Positions 11,672 through 26,009 of a stretch of 64,000 bases of DNA are shown piece by piece. Numbering within the stretch: the first letter of the stretch is position 1; each line of letters opens with the position of its first letter. The position numbers and the translations under genes were made by a program. The DNA comes from Mycobacteriales bacterium. Lineage in GTDB: Bacteria; Actinomycetota; Actinomycetes; JALYNC01. The stretch covers positions 3,537 to 67,536 of the forward strand of contig JBBSHH010000001.1 in NCBI GenBank assembly GCA_038253225.1, read 5' to 3'. The notes under the pieces were generated by a model. That model was not told the DNA's origin, did no database searches, and saw only the letters and a list, made by a program, of their open reading frames with translations.

Positions 11672-12663
11672 ACCCGCATTCTCACCGTTCGGCGCGCCTC
11701 GATCCGCTCCCGGGACGGCCAGCGCACGTCGGTGGCCCAGCCCAGCTTCTCGAACAGCCGGATCAGCTCCGCGCTGCTGTCGAGCTGGCCCGGGAGGACG
11801 CCGTGCCGAGCCGCGGTGGGATCGGCATGGTGCAGGTTGTGCCAGGACTCGCCCATGGAGATGAACGCGAGGGCCCAAACGTTGCCGGAGCGGTCCCGGG
11901 TGGCGAACGGCTTGGTCCCGACGGTGTGGCACACCGAGTTGATCGACCAGGTGACGTGGTGCAGGACGCAGATGCGGACCAGGCTGCCCCAGAAGAAGGC
12001 GCTCGCAGCACCCGCCCACGACATCGACCACAAGCCGCCGACGACGGCAGGCAGCAGCAGCGAGACCGCGACCAGGAGCGGGAACGCCCGGGACACCCGC
12101 GCGATGTCACGGTCCTTCGCCAGATCCGGGACGAACCGGCGCTGGTCGGTCTGCTCGACGTCGAACAGCCAACCGACGTGGGCATGGAACAGCCCCTTGC
12201 ACAATGCCCCGAGGGTCTCGCCGTAGCGCCACGGCGAGTGCGGGTCGCCGTCCCGGTCGCTGTAGGCGTGGTGCCGCCGGTGGTCGGCGACCCAGCGCAG
12301 CACCGGTCCCTCGATGGCCATCGAACCGGCGAGTGCCAACGCGATCCGCAGCGGTCGGCTGGCCTTGAAGCTGCCGTGCGTGAAGTACCGGTGGAACCCG
12401 ATCGTGATGCCGTGGCCGGTGACCGCGTACATCACCGCGGAGATCACCACATCGTGCCAGCCGATTCCCGAGCCCCACAGCAGCGGGACGGCACCGGCGA
12501 CGGCCAGCAGCGGTACGACGACGAACACGAACAGGGCCACCTGCTCCCAGCGGGCCTTGACCTCGGCTCCGGGCACCTGCTGGAGCGCCCGTCGCGGCGC
12601 CACCGCCGGCTCGCCGGGCCGCCGGGGCGGGGCGGTGGTGGCGGTGGTGGCGGGTGGCGTCAC
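11668..12663 (-). CDS. Acyl-CoA (stearoyl-CoA delta-9-type) membrane fatty-acid desaturase
   Basis: Three histidine boxes (HRYFTH, HRRHH, HNLHH) and TM segments. The start is assigned to an in-frame GTG at 12663, because the track ORF upstream extension is Pro/Arg-rich junk that would run toward the tRNA. Confidence 0.8.
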   Translation of the reverse strand: MTPPATTATTAPPRRPGEPAVAPRRALQQVPGAEVKARWEQVALFVFVVVPLLAVAGAVPLLWGSGIGWHDVVISAVMYAVTGHGITIGFHRYFTHGSFKASRPLRIALALAGSMAIEGPVLRWVADHRRHHAYSDRDGDPHSPWRYGETLGALCKGLFHAHVGWLFDVEQTDQRRFVPDLAKDRDIARVSRAFPLLVAVSLLLPAVVGGLWSMSWAGAASAFFWGSLVRICVLHHVTWSINSVCHTVGTKPFATRDRSGNVWALAFISMGESWHNLHHADPTAARHGVLPGQLDSSAELIRLFEKLGWATDVRWPSRERIEARRTVRMRV

Positions 12664-12693
12664 GGCGGTCCTCGAATCTGTCCGGTGCTCTTG

Positions 12694-12711
12694 GGTTACG
12701 GCACCGTAACC
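12694..12711. promoter_or_regulatory. Perfect inverted repeat GGTTACGGcaCCGTAACC ~30 nt upstream of the desaturase start, a candidate TetR operator
   Basis: Seen directly: ttGGGTTACGGCACCGTAACCta. It is an 8-bp half-site palindrome with a 2-nt spacer in the promoter region of the desaturase-TetR operon. Confidence 0.5.
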
Positions 12712-12843
12712 TACGCTTCGGTAAGAAGGATGGGGAGGCCGACGCCGACCGGTGGCGGGCTCCGTCACCCGGCGACGGAGTCGGATCCGTCGGGCTCGGC
12801 CCGGGGGGTGGGAGACTGGCGGCTGTATCGCGTGAACGTGCAT

Positions 12844-12917
12844 TCCGCCGTGGTGTAACCAGGCAGCACGCCGATTTTTGGTGTCGGTAGGTCCACGTTC
12901 GAATCGTGGCGGCGGAG
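12844..12917 (+). tRNA. tRNA-Gln (anticodon TTG)
   Basis: Hand-folded cloverleaf: acceptor TCCGCCG/CGGCGGA (U1:A72), D-arm GTGT-AACCAGGCA-GCAC, anticodon stem CCGAT/GTCGG with loop TTTTGGT (anticodon TTG), a 5-nt variable loop, T-arm CCACG-TTCGAAT-CGTGG and discriminator G. The ORF track missed it and placed an over-extended glmU ORF over it. Confidence 0.8.
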
Positions 12918-13012
12918 CGGAGTCGGCTCGTGGGCACGGCGGTACCCTGGCCGGCGTCGTCCGGCGTCCCGCTCGCTGCCGCTGCCGGTCCCCAGGTGGG
13001 AGGAGTGCACCC

Positions 13013-14530
13013 GTGACCGACGTACGGGCGGCGGCGGTCGTGGTGCTGGCCGCCGGCGAGGGCACCCGGATGCGTTCGGCGACACCGAAGGTCCTGCACC
13101 AGATGTGCGGGCGGACCCTGCTCGGTCATGTGCTGGCCGCCACCGCCGGGCTGGGAGCCGAGCACACCCTGGTCGTCGTCGGGCACGGTCGGGAGGCGGT
13201 GTCCGCGCAGCTGGCCGACGACCAGCCGGCCGGGACCGAGGGGCGCCGGCTGACGCCGGTGGTGCAGGCAGACCAGCGCGGGACCGGGCATGCGGTGCGG
13301 CTGGCGTTGGCGGCGGTGCCGGACCTCGTCGGAGCGGTCCTCGTCGTCCCGGGTGACGCCCCGCTGCTCACCACCGAGACGCTGACCGAGCTGCTGGAGC
13401 AGCACGTGACCCGGCACAACGCCGCCACGCTGCTGACCGCGGAGCCGCCCGACCCGAGCGGCTACGGCCGGGTGGTGCGCGCCGGCGGCGGTGTGACGGC
13501 GGTCGTCGAGCAGCGGGACGCCGACGAGGCCACGCTGGCGATCCGGGAGGTCGCCACGTCGGTCTATGCCTTTGACGCCGCCGAGCTGCGCGGCTCCCTC
13601 GACCGGCTCGGCACCGAGAACAGCCAGGGCGAGGAGTACCTCACCGACGTCGTCGGGATCCTGGCCGCCGCCGGCCGGCCGGTCGGCGCGCTGCCGGTGG
13701 CCGACTGGCGGGAGACGCTGGGGGTCAACGACCGGGTGCAGTTGGCCGCCGCCCGCCGGCTGCTGCGGGACCGGCTGTTGCGACGCTGGATGCTCGCTGG
13801 TGTCACGGTCACCGACCCGGAAACCACCTGGCTCGGGGTCGGGGTGACGCTCGAGCCGGACGTCACCGTGCACCAGAACACCCAGCTGCACGGCACGACC
13901 CGGATCGCCACCGGCGCTGTGGTCGGGCCCAACGTGACGCTGACCGACTGCCTGGTCGACGGGCGGGCGCAGATCACCAACGCCACCTGCGAGGGAGCGG
14001 TGATCGGCCCGGGCGCCACCGTCGGGCCGTACACGTTCCTGCGGCCCGGCACCAAGCTCGGTGCCGGCGCCAGGGCCGGCGGTTTCGTCGAGATGAAGGC
14101 CGCCGAGCTCGGCCCGGAGGCGAAGGTGCCGCACCTGTCCTACGTCGGGGACGCGACGATCGGCGCCCGCAGCAACATCGGTGCGGCGACGGTCTTCGTC
14201 AACTACGACGGCCAGGAGAAGTTCCGCAGTACGGTGGGGGAGGACGCCCGGGTCGGCAGCGACACGATGCTCGTTGCGCCGGTGCACATCGGGGACGGCG
14301 CCTACACCGCCGCCGGTTCGGTCATCGTCGACGACGTGCCACCGGGCGCCATCGGGATCGGGCGAACCCGGCAGCGCAACGTCGAGGGCTGGGTGGAGCG
14401 TCGGCGCGCCGGGACCCCGGCCGCGGCCGCCGCCCGGCGCGCCCGGCTCGCGACCCGCGGCTCGGAGGACACCCCGACCGGGACGCAGCCGCCGACCCCG
14501 CCGGAGCGGCTCGGCGTCGAGCCGGCATGA
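13013..14530 (+). CDS. glmU: Bifunctional UDP-N-acetylglucosamine pyrophosphorylase / glucosamine-1-phosphate N-acetyltransferase GlmU
   Basis: LAAGEGTRM pyrophosphorylase motif, left-handed beta-helix hexapeptide repeats and a long C-terminal tail as in Mtb GlmU. A GTG at 13013 follows RBS gggaggag. The track start 12878 overlaps the tRNA. Confidence 0.9.
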   Translation: MTDVRAAAVVVLAAGEGTRMRSATPKVLHQMCGRTLLGHVLAATAGLGAEHTLVVVGHGREAVSAQLADDQPAGTEGRRLTPVVQADQRGTGHAVRLALAAVPDLVGAVLVVPGDAPLLTTETLTELLEQHVTRHNAATLLTAEPPDPSGYGRVVRAGGGVTAVVEQRDADEATLAIREVATSVYAFDAAELRGSLDRLGTENSQGEEYLTDVVGILAAAGRPVGALPVADWRETLGVNDRVQLAAARRLLRDRLLRRWMLAGVTVTDPETTWLGVGVTLEPDVTVHQNTQLHGTTRIATGAVVGPNVTLTDCLVDGRAQITNATCEGAVIGPGATVGPYTFLRPGTKLGAGARAGGFVEMKAAELGPEAKVPHLSYVGDATIGARSNIGAATVFVNYDGQEKFRSTVGEDARVGSDTMLVAPVHIGDGAYTAAGSVIVDDVPPGAIGIGRTRQRNVEGWVERRRAGTPAAAAARRARLATRGSEDTPTGTQPPTPPERLGVEPA

Positions 14531-15534
14531 CGCGCACACCAGGGAGCGGCAGCGTGAGCGGCATTCGCAGCAAGAGCCGGAAGACGTTGATGCTCTTCTC
14601 CGGCCGGGCCTTCCCCGACCTGGTCGAGGAGGTCGCCAGCGAGCTCGGTGTCGCGCCGGTGGTCACCTCGGCATACGACTTCGCCAACGGTGAGATCTAC
14701 GTACGGTTCGAAGAGTCGGTGCGCGGCTGCGACGCGTTCGTGCTGCAGAGCCACACCGCCCCGATCAACCAGTGGCTGATGGAACATCTGCTCATGGTGG
14801 ATGCGCTCAAGCGGGCGAGCGCCAAGCGCATCACGGTGGTCGCGCCGTTCTACCCCTACTCGCGACAGGACAAGAAGCACCGCGGCCGCGAACCGATCTC
14901 CGCCCGGCTGATCGCCGACCTGTTCCGCACCGCCGGGGCGCACCGGTTGATGTCCGTCGATCTGCACACCGCGCAGATCCAAGGGTTCTTCGACGGGCCG
15001 GTTGACCACCTGTTCGCGCTGCCGCTGCTCGCCGACTACGTCGCGCAGCGCTACGCCGGCGCGGACCTGACGATGGTCTCCCCGGACGCGGGCCGGGTCC
15101 GGGTCGCCGAGCGGTGGACCGACCGGCTGGGCGGCTGTCCGTTGGCCTTCATCCACAAGACCCGCGATCCGATGAGCCCCAACCAGGTCCGGGCCAACCG
15201 CGTCGTGGGCGACGTCGCCGGGCGCACCTGCATCATCGTCGACGACATGATCGACACCGGTAGTACGACGGTGAAGGCGTCGGAGGTGCTCTTCGACGCC
15301 GGAGCGGCGGACGTCATCGCCGCGGCCACCCACGCCATCCTCTCGGGGCCGGCCGTCGACCGGCTCAAGAACTCCCGGATCAGCGAGATCATCGTGACGA
15401 ACACGCTCCCGATCAACGACGACCGGCGCATCGACAAGCTGACCGTGCTCTCCATCGCGCCGCTCATCGCCCGGGCCATCCGGGAGGTCTTCGAGGACGG
15501 TTCGGTGACCAGCCTGTTCGGCGGGAACGCCTGA
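14527..15534 (+). CDS. prs: Ribose-phosphate pyrophosphokinase (PRPP synthetase)
   Basis: PRPP-binding motif [10 protein letters not shown], and its ATG overlaps the glmU stop. The glmU-prs order matches Mtb. Confidence 0.9.
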   Translation: MTRTPGSGSVSGIRSKSRKTLMLFSGRAFPDLVEEVASELGVAPVVTSAYDFANGEIYVRFEESVRGCDAFVLQSHTAPINQWLMEHLLMVDALKRASAKRITVVAPFYPYSRQDKKHRGREPISARLIADLFRTAGAHRLMSVDLHTAQIQGFFDGPVDHLFALPLLADYVAQRYAGADLTMVSPDAGRVRVAERWTDRLGGCPLAFIHKTRDPMSPNQVRANRVVGDVAGRTCIIVDDMIDTGSTTVKASEVLFDAGAADVIAAATHAILSGPAVDRLKNSRISEIIVTNTLPINDDRRIDKLTVLSIAPLIARAIREVFEDGSVTSLFGGNA

Positions 15535-15650
15535 CCGACCGGGTAGACTGGCGGCTCCGCGCGCCACCGGCCTCGGCCGGGCGGCCGCCGTGCCTACCGC
15601 GCCGTGCGCGCGCCCCTGCTTCGCTGCTGTTCCTCGAGGAGATCTGCGCC

Positions 15651-16370
15651 GTGTCCGAAGTCCGCATCACCGCCGCGCCGCGTACCCAGTTCGGCAAGGG
15701 AGGGGCTCGGCGCACCCGGCGGGCCGGTCAGGTGCCGGCGGTGCTCTACGGCCACGGTGAGGCACCTCGCCACATCGCGCTGCCCGCCCGGGACCTCTGG
15801 CAGGCGATGAAGACCGACGCCGGCGCGAACGTGCTGCTCGAGCTCCAGCTCGACGGCGGCGTCGAGCTGGCGCTGCCCAAGGCCATCCAGCGGGACCCGC
15901 TGCGCGGTGACATCGAGCACGTCGACCTGATCCTGGTCCGGCGGGGCGAGAAGGTGACCGTGGAGGTCGCCGTCACGCTGACCGGCGAGGCCACCCGCGA
16001 CGGCATGGTCGACCAGCAGCTCACGACGCTGTCGGTGGAGGCCGAGGCCACCCACATCCCGCAGTCCTTCGAGGTGAGCATCGAAGGGCTGCAGGTCGGC
16101 GACTCCGTGCCCGCCCGGGCGGTCAAGCTGCCCAGCGGCACCACGCTGCAGGGCGACCCCGACGCGGTGGTCGTGCACATCCTCGGCGCCCCGTCGGCCG
16201 AGCAGCTCGAGGCGGAGCTGGCCGAGGCCGAGGCGGAGCTCGGTGCGGGTGCGGCCGGCACGGTCGCCGAGCCGGCCGAGCCCGGGACCGGCGAGGGGGA
16301 CGTGGTCGCCGACACCGAGGCCGGCTCCGGCGGGCCGGGCGCGCCCGCCGAGCGGACCTCCACGACCTGA
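15651..16370 (+). CDS. rplY: 50S ribosomal protein L25 / general stress protein Ctc
   Basis: N-terminus [37 protein letters not shown] is the L25/Ctc signature, with an acidic Ala/Glu-rich C-terminal extension. The GTG at 15651 follows an RBS. Confidence 0.85.
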   Translation: MSEVRITAAPRTQFGKGGARRTRRAGQVPAVLYGHGEAPRHIALPARDLWQAMKTDAGANVLLELQLDGGVELALPKAIQRDPLRGDIEHVDLILVRRGEKVTVEVAVTLTGEATRDGMVDQQLTTLSVEAEATHIPQSFEVSIEGLQVGDSVPARAVKLPSGTTLQGDPDAVVVHILGAPSAEQLEAELAEAEAELGAGAAGTVAEPAEPGTGEGDVVADTEAGSGGPGAPAERTSTT

Positions 16371-16390
16371 CCGCGGGACCGGGAGCGCCG

Positions 16391-16960
16391 ATGAGCGACG
16401 ACGCGTGGCTGGTCGTCGGGCTCGGCAACCCGGGGCCCTCCTACGCCGGCAACCGGCACAACGCCGGCTTCCTCGTCGCCGACGTCCTCGCCGGTCGGGC
16501 CGGCGGGCGGTTCAAGGCCCACAAGGGCCGCGCCGACCTGGTCGAGGGGCGGCTCGACGGTGTCCGGACGATGCTGGTCAAGCCCAAGTGCTACATGAAC
16601 GACTCCGGCGGTCCGGTCGCGTCCCTGGCGAACTTCTTCAAGATCCCGCCTGACCGTCTGGTCGTCATCCACGACGAGCTGGACATCCCCTACGGAGACA
16701 TCCGGCTCAAGCTCGGCGGCGGCGACAACGGGCACAACGGGCTGCGCTCGGTGACCAAGGCTGTCGGGACCCGCGAGTACCTGCGGGTCCGGTTCGGGAT
16801 CGGCCGGCCGCCGGGGCGGATGGACCCCGCCGACTTCGTGCTCCGGGACTTCGCCGGCGCCGAGCGCAAGGAGCTGCCCTTGCACGTCGACCGGGCCGCG
16901 GACGCCGTCGAGGCGCTGCTCGTCGAGGGTCTCGACCGGGCCCAGAACGCCTACCACTAG
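16391..16960 (+). CDS. pth: Peptidyl-tRNA hydrolase
   Basis: [22 protein letters not shown]...HNGLRS are Pth motifs. The rplY-pth order matches Mtb. Confidence 0.9.
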   Translation: MSDDAWLVVGLGNPGPSYAGNRHNAGFLVADVLAGRAGGRFKAHKGRADLVEGRLDGVRTMLVKPKCYMNDSGGPVASLANFFKIPPDRLVVIHDELDIPYGDIRLKLGGGDNGHNGLRSVTKAVGTREYLRVRFGIGRPPGRMDPADFVLRDFAGAERKELPLHVDRAADAVEALLVEGLDRAQNAYH

Positions 16961-17024
16961 AGGCCCGCGCCGGGCGGGTTAGTCTGGACACCGACCCCGT
17001 ACGGCGCGCTGCGGATTCGCCGCG

Positions 17025-17068
17025 CCCGGAACCCGCCCGGAACCCCGCTCCCGGAACCGCCCGGAAAG
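17025..17068. repeat. Four direct repeats of CCCGGAA(C/A) spaced 10-14 bp, immediately upstream of the mfd start
   Basis: Seen directly: gcgCCCGGAACccgCCCGGAACcccgctCCCGGAACcgCCCGGAAAgaag, ending 18 nt before the mfd ATG. Confidence 0.6.
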
Positions 17069-17085
17069 AAGTCTCCCTCGCTCTC

Positions 17086-20613
<3,528 letters not shown>

Positions 20614-20663
20614 GGACTCGCACGGCACCGGAGCACTCGACTCGGACGATCGGAAGGACTCCT

Positions 20664-21701
20664 GTGACACGCACATCCCGACGGCACGCGCTCGGCGCGC
20701 TGGCGCTCGCCGGTGCGCTCGGGCTGTCGGCGTGCGGCGCCCAGCAGCACGCCGGCGCGGCCGCCACGGTCGGCGACACCCGGATCAGCAGCGACCAGCT
20801 GCGGGCGCTGGTCGACCGATCGCTGGCCAACCCGCAGGCCAAGCAGCGCCTCGGCGCGGACCGAGCCACCTTCGAGCGCCGGGAGCTCGGCCAGCTCATC
20901 GACCGGGCGATCGTGGCGGCGGCGGCGAGAAAGCTGAGGGTGTCGGTGACCGCGGGCGAGGTGGACGCGCGGATCCAGCAGTTCGTGCAGCAGGCCGGTA
21001 GCCGGCAGGCGCTCGAGCAGCAGGCGGAGCAGAGCGGCGTCGCCAAGCGGGACATCACGGCGTTCGTCCGTGACCTCGTGCTCTCCGACAAGATTGCCGA
21101 CAAGCTGATCAAGGACCAGCCGGTCCCGACGGCCAAGTTGGAGGCGTTGTACAAGCAGAACGCCGACGCGTTCAACCAGGTGCACTCGGCGCACATCCTG
21201 GTCAAGGTCAAGGCCACCGCCGACACGATCCTCGCGCAGGTCAAGGCCGCCCCGAGCCGGTTCGCCGCCCTCGCCGCGCAGTACTCGATCGACACCTCGA
21301 ACAAGGCCAAGGGCGGTGACCTCGGCTTCGCCCCGCGCAGCCAGTTCGTGAAGCCCTTCGCCGACGCGATTTTCGCGGCGAAGCCCGGCAGCTTCGTCGA
21401 GGTGCAGACCCAGTTCGGCTGGCACGTCATCCACGTGTTGGAGCGCAAGACCACCACGCTGGCCGAGGCCACCCCGCAGCTGCGCCAGCAGGCGCTCAAG
21501 GACGTGCGGGCGACCAAGCTGCGCGAGCTGTTCAGCTCCACCGCGAAGAAGCTCGGCGTGAGCGTCAGTCCCCGGTACGGCAGCTGGAACGCCAAGACCG
21601 GGCAGGTGGACCCGCCGAAGAACAAGCTGTCGAGCCCCACCGGCGCGCCGCAGCAGAGCGGCTCCGGCGGCGGCCAGCCGTCGTCGTCACCCACCGGGTG
21701 A
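20664..21701 (+). CDS. Parvulin (PpiC/SurA-type) peptidyl-prolyl cis-trans isomerase lipoprotein
   Basis: Lipobox ALGLSAC after a GTG with RBS ggaagga, and a PpiC domain (SAHILVKVK...GGDLGFAP...GWHVIHVLER). Confidence 0.8.
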   Translation: MTRTSRRHALGALALAGALGLSACGAQQHAGAAATVGDTRISSDQLRALVDRSLANPQAKQRLGADRATFERRELGQLIDRAIVAAAARKLRVSVTAGEVDARIQQFVQQAGSRQALEQQAEQSGVAKRDITAFVRDLVLSDKIADKLIKDQPVPTAKLEALYKQNADAFNQVHSAHILVKVKATADTILAQVKAAPSRFAALAAQYSIDTSNKAKGGDLGFAPRSQFVKPFADAIFAAKPGSFVEVQTQFGWHVIHVLERKTTTLAEATPQLRQQALKDVRATKLRELFSSTAKKLGVSVSPRYGSWNAKTGQVDPPKNKLSSPTGAPQQSGSGGGQPSSSPTG

Positions 21702-22879
21702 CCGACCGGGTGGTGCTGCTCGTCAGCACCGCCCGGGTCGCCCCCGGGCTGCTGTCCTGGCCGGCATGGCAGGAGCTGCACGGGGGACACGTCTGCACGG
21801 CCTCCGCGGACCACCCGCAGCTCGAGGCGCTCGCGGCCGCCGGGGTCGCGGCCGAGGTGCTGACCGCGGCCGACCCGGTGGCGCTGGCCCGGGCGGTGCG
21901 CGCCCGGACGGCCGACGGGCGAAGCGCGGTGTGGCTGGCCGACCCGGGCGGCGACCAGGACATCGCCCGCGAGCTGGGCGAGCTGGCTCGCCGCGGGGAC
22001 CTGCTTCTCGAGGTGGTCTACGGGTCCTACGACCTGCCCGGGGCGCGGCTGCTCGATGTCGTCGCCACCATGGACCGGCTGCGCTCGCCCGACGGCTGCC
22101 CCTGGGACGCCGAGCAGACCCACGCCTCGCTCGCTCACTACCTCATCGAGGAGGCCTACGAGGCGGTCGAGGCGATCGAGTCCGGCGACCCGCGGGCGCT
22201 CCGGGAGGAGCTCGGGGACGTTCTGCTGCAGGTCGCCTTCCACGCCCGGCTCGCCGAGGAGCTGCCGTCGCCGCAGCGGTGGTCCATCGACGACGTCGCC
22301 GGTGACCTGGTGGCCAAGCTGGTCCGCCGGCACCCGCACGTCTTCGCCGGCCGGTCGGTCGACGGCGTCCCGGAGGTCCTCGCCAACTGGGAGACGATCA
22401 AGGAGGCGGAGAAGGGCCGCAGCTCGGTGACCGAGGGCGTCCCGCTCGGCCAGCCGGCGCTGGCGCTGGCCGCCAAGCTGCAGTCGCGGGCCGGCCGGCT
22501 CGGCCTGCCGGTGGCGTTGGTCGGCGGTGCCGCCGAGACGCTGCCCCAGTCGGTCGCGGCGGCGGCCACGAGCGCCGCCGCCGCCGGTTCGGTCACGGCC
22601 GTCGGGGAGCTGCTGTTTGCGGCGGCGGCGCTGGCCGTGGCGCAGGGCGTCGAGCCTGAGGCGGCGTTGCGCGGCACCGCCCGGCGGTTCCGGGACCGCC
22701 TGGCCACCGTCGAACGCGCCGCCCGGGCCGACGGGCTGGACCCGGCGCAGCTGCAGCCGCTGGACTGGCACGAGCGGTGGGCAGCCAGCGCCGAGGACAC
22801 CGAGGCCGGCGACGATCTCGATGCGGACGGGGCCGCTGCTGATGCCGGCCTCGGCGACGAGTCGCACCACGAGCCGTAG
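21698..22879 (+). CDS. mazG: Nucleoside triphosphate pyrophosphohydrolase MazG (extended actinobacterial form)
   Basis: EEAYE/EVAE...ELGDVLLQV is the MazG catalytic motif. The mfd-...-mazG-...-eno order matches Mtb. Confidence 0.85.
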   Translation: MTDRVVLLVSTARVAPGLLSWPAWQELHGGHVCTASADHPQLEALAAAGVAAEVLTAADPVALARAVRARTADGRSAVWLADPGGDQDIARELGELARRGDLLLEVVYGSYDLPGARLLDVVATMDRLRSPDGCPWDAEQTHASLAHYLIEEAYEAVEAIESGDPRALREELGDVLLQVAFHARLAEELPSPQRWSIDDVAGDLVAKLVRRHPHVFAGRSVDGVPEVLANWETIKEAEKGRSSVTEGVPLGQPALALAAKLQSRAGRLGLPVALVGGAAETLPQSVAAAATSAAAAGSVTAVGELLFAAAALAVAQGVEPEAALRGTARRFRDRLATVERAARADGLDPAQLQPLDWHERWAASAEDTEAGDDLDADGAAADAGLGDESHHEP

Positions 22880-22947
22880 CCGGCCGCACGCGCCCCGAGT
22901 TGCCCGGCTGGATTTTTCTCGATAGCCCTGCGAACAACTCCGCCGCG

Positions 22948-22987
22948 GTCCTAGTGTCCGGCCTAGGACGGCCCGACCGACCGTCCT
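22948..22987 (+). promoter_or_regulatory. Two overlapping, mutually exclusive hairpins in the 5' leader of the downstream secreted-protein gene
   Basis: Seen directly: GGTCCTAG-tgtccggc-CTAGGAC(G) competes with AGGACGG-cccgaccga-CCGTCCT. The shared AGGAC segment can pair in only one of the two. Confidence 0.35.
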
Positions 22988-23010
22988 CACCGCAGCTCGA
23001 GGAGATCGTC

Positions 23011-23526
23011 ATGAGAACCCGGATCTGGGCGGTCAGCGCCGCCACCTGTCTCGCCGGCGGTGCGCTGCTCGTCGCGGCGCTCGGCCCGGCGACGGCCGCG
23101 AGCTCGGCCCGCCCGCACGGCTGGGCCGGCGCGGTCGGGACGGCGCCAGCCGCCGCCCAACGGGCCGCGAACGCCCGCAGCATCAGCCTGGTCGCCCACC
23201 AGATCTTCAACCAGGACGTCGACGTCAAGCCGGCCGGCTTCAGCGCCGGCGACTACTTCGTGTTCGCGGAGACGCTGAGCTCCGGCGGCAAGGTCGTCGG
23301 CCGGGACGAGGTCCGCTGCATGGTCATGTACACGACCTTCCGCTGCGAAGGCGCGCTCATCCTCAACGGCAAGGGCCAGGTCGACGTCGCCGGCTCGTTA
23401 AGCCGGTACGGCTCGACGCTCGCCGTCACCGGCGGTACCAACAACTTCGTCGGTGCCCGCGGCCAGCTGGTCGTCGGCCGCAGTTCCGGCGACGACACCC
23501 CGCTGACCCTCGAGCTGCTGCCGTAA
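23011..23526 (+). CDS. Secreted hypothetical protein (signal peptide; possible allene-oxide-cyclase/dirigent-like beta-barrel)
   Basis: ATG after RBS gaggag, with a signal peptide AATCLAGGALLVAALGPATAASSA. It occupies the position of lpqU between mazG and eno in Mtb, but the product is not recognisably the same. Confidence 0.6.
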   Translation: MRTRIWAVSAATCLAGGALLVAALGPATAASSARPHGWAGAVGTAPAAAQRAANARSISLVAHQIFNQDVDVKPAGFSAGDYFVFAETLSSGGKVVGRDEVRCMVMYTTFRCEGALILNGKGQVDVAGSLSRYGSTLAVTGGTNNFVGARGQLVVGRSSGDDTPLTLELLP

Positions 23527-24915
<1,389 letters not shown>

Positions 24916-24918
24916 CCG

Positions 24919-25533
24919 GTGCAGATGCCGCGACGGCGGCGACCGCGCCACCCGACCGCTCACCGGACCGGGCTGCCGGCGGCGGGCGGGGGGCCGGCCA
25001 GCCGGCCGGCCGCGCCGCCGCGCCGCGCGACGGTGCGCCGGCCCACCCGTCCCGGCGCCGGGGCGGCCGCACCCCGGACCGGCGCCGGAGCGAGCCCGGC
25101 CGGGGGGCCGCAGCGCCGGTCGGCGCGTCGGCGTACCGGGCTGACGACGCGGGCGGCGATCCTCGCGGTCGCGGTCTGCGCGGTGGTGCTCTCGGTGGCC
25201 TATCCGCTGCGCGCGTTCGTCTCGCAGCGGGGCGAGATCTCCGCCATGCAGCAGCACCAGCGCGGGCAGCAGCAGCGGGTCGCCGCCCTGCAGCGGCAGC
25301 GGGACCGGCTCGCCGACCCCGCCTACATCCGCTCGCAGGCGCGGCAGCGGCTGCACTTCGTCGCACCGGGGGAGACGACGTTGCTGCTGCTCGGCCCGCC
25401 GACGGCCGCCGGCCGGCCGGCGCAGCATCCCGACGCCGGGGTCGCCGCCACGCCGGGCCCCTGGTACGCCAGGCTCTGGGCCACCGCGCAGGTCGCCGCG
25501 CAGCCGGCGGCAGCGCACCGCTCGAGCCGGTGA
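24919..25533 (+). CDS. FtsB/DivIC-family septum-formation initiator (Mtb Rv1024-like)
   Basis: Pro/Arg-rich N-terminus, a single TM (AAILAVAVCAVVLSVAY) and a coiled coil (RGEISAMQQHQRGQQQRVAALQRQRDRL). Confidence 0.65.
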   Translation: MQMPRRRRPRHPTAHRTGLPAAGGGPASRPAAPPRRATVRRPTRPGAGAAAPRTGAGASPAGGPQRRSARRRTGLTTRAAILAVAVCAVVLSVAYPLRAFVSQRGEISAMQQHQRGQQQRVAALQRQRDRLADPAYIRSQARQRLHFVAPGETTLLLLGPPTAAGRPAQHPDAGVAATPGPWYARLWATAQVAAQPAAAHRSSR

Positions 25534-26009
25534 ACCCCGCCGACAGGGCCGCGGTCGCCGCGCAGCTCGGTCGCCCGCCCCGCGCCCTGCGGTCGGTCGC
25601 GCATCGCTGCGTGTGCCGGCTGCCGGACGTGGTGGAGACCGCGCCCCGGTTGCCGGACGGCACCCCGTTCCCGACGCTGTACTACCTCAGCTGCCCGCGG
25701 GCCAGCGCGGCGGTCGGCCGGCTGGAGGCCGCCGGGGTGATGCGGGAGATGACGGCTCGGCTAGGCCGGGACCCGGCCCTCGCGGCGGCCTACCGCGCCG
25801 CGCACGAGGACTACCTACGCCGGCGGGACGCCATCGAGGCGCTGCCCGGCCGGGTGAGCGCCGGTGGGATGCCGGAGCGGGTGAAATGCCTGCACGCGCT
25901 CGTCGCGCAGGAGCTGGCGGTTCCCGGCAGCAACCCGCTCGGCCGGGAGGCGCTGGACCGGATAGCGGGCTGGGGCGAGCGGGGCCGCTGCGTCCCGAAC
26001 CCGGCGTGA
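25530..26009 (+). CDS. DUF501-domain protein (Mtb Rv1025-like)
   Basis: The track's long ORF is mostly GC-frame junk; the 3' 160-codon segment is the gene, and its GTG start overlaps the ftsB-like stop. Confidence 0.6.
   Translation: MNPADRAAVAAQLGRPPRALRSVAHRCVCRLPDVVETAPRLPDGTPFPTLYYLSCPRASAAVGRLEAAGVMREMTARLGRDPALAAAYRAAHEDYLRRRDAIEALPGRVSAGGMPERVKCLHALVAQELAVPGSNPLGREALDRIAGWGERGRCVPNPA

Noticed and set aside
12737-12868. 43-codon ORF ([42 protein letters not shown]) with an SD-like aagaagga.
   Set aside because: Composition is junk-like, it overlaps the 5' end of tRNA-Gln, and the AT-richer stretch is more likely the tRNA promoter region.
15535-15650. Possible intrinsic terminator after prs (GC-rich palindromic CCGGCCtcGGCCGG).
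   Set aside because: The loop is too short, there is no T-tract, and high-GC actinobacteria rarely use canonical terminators, so this is not supportable.
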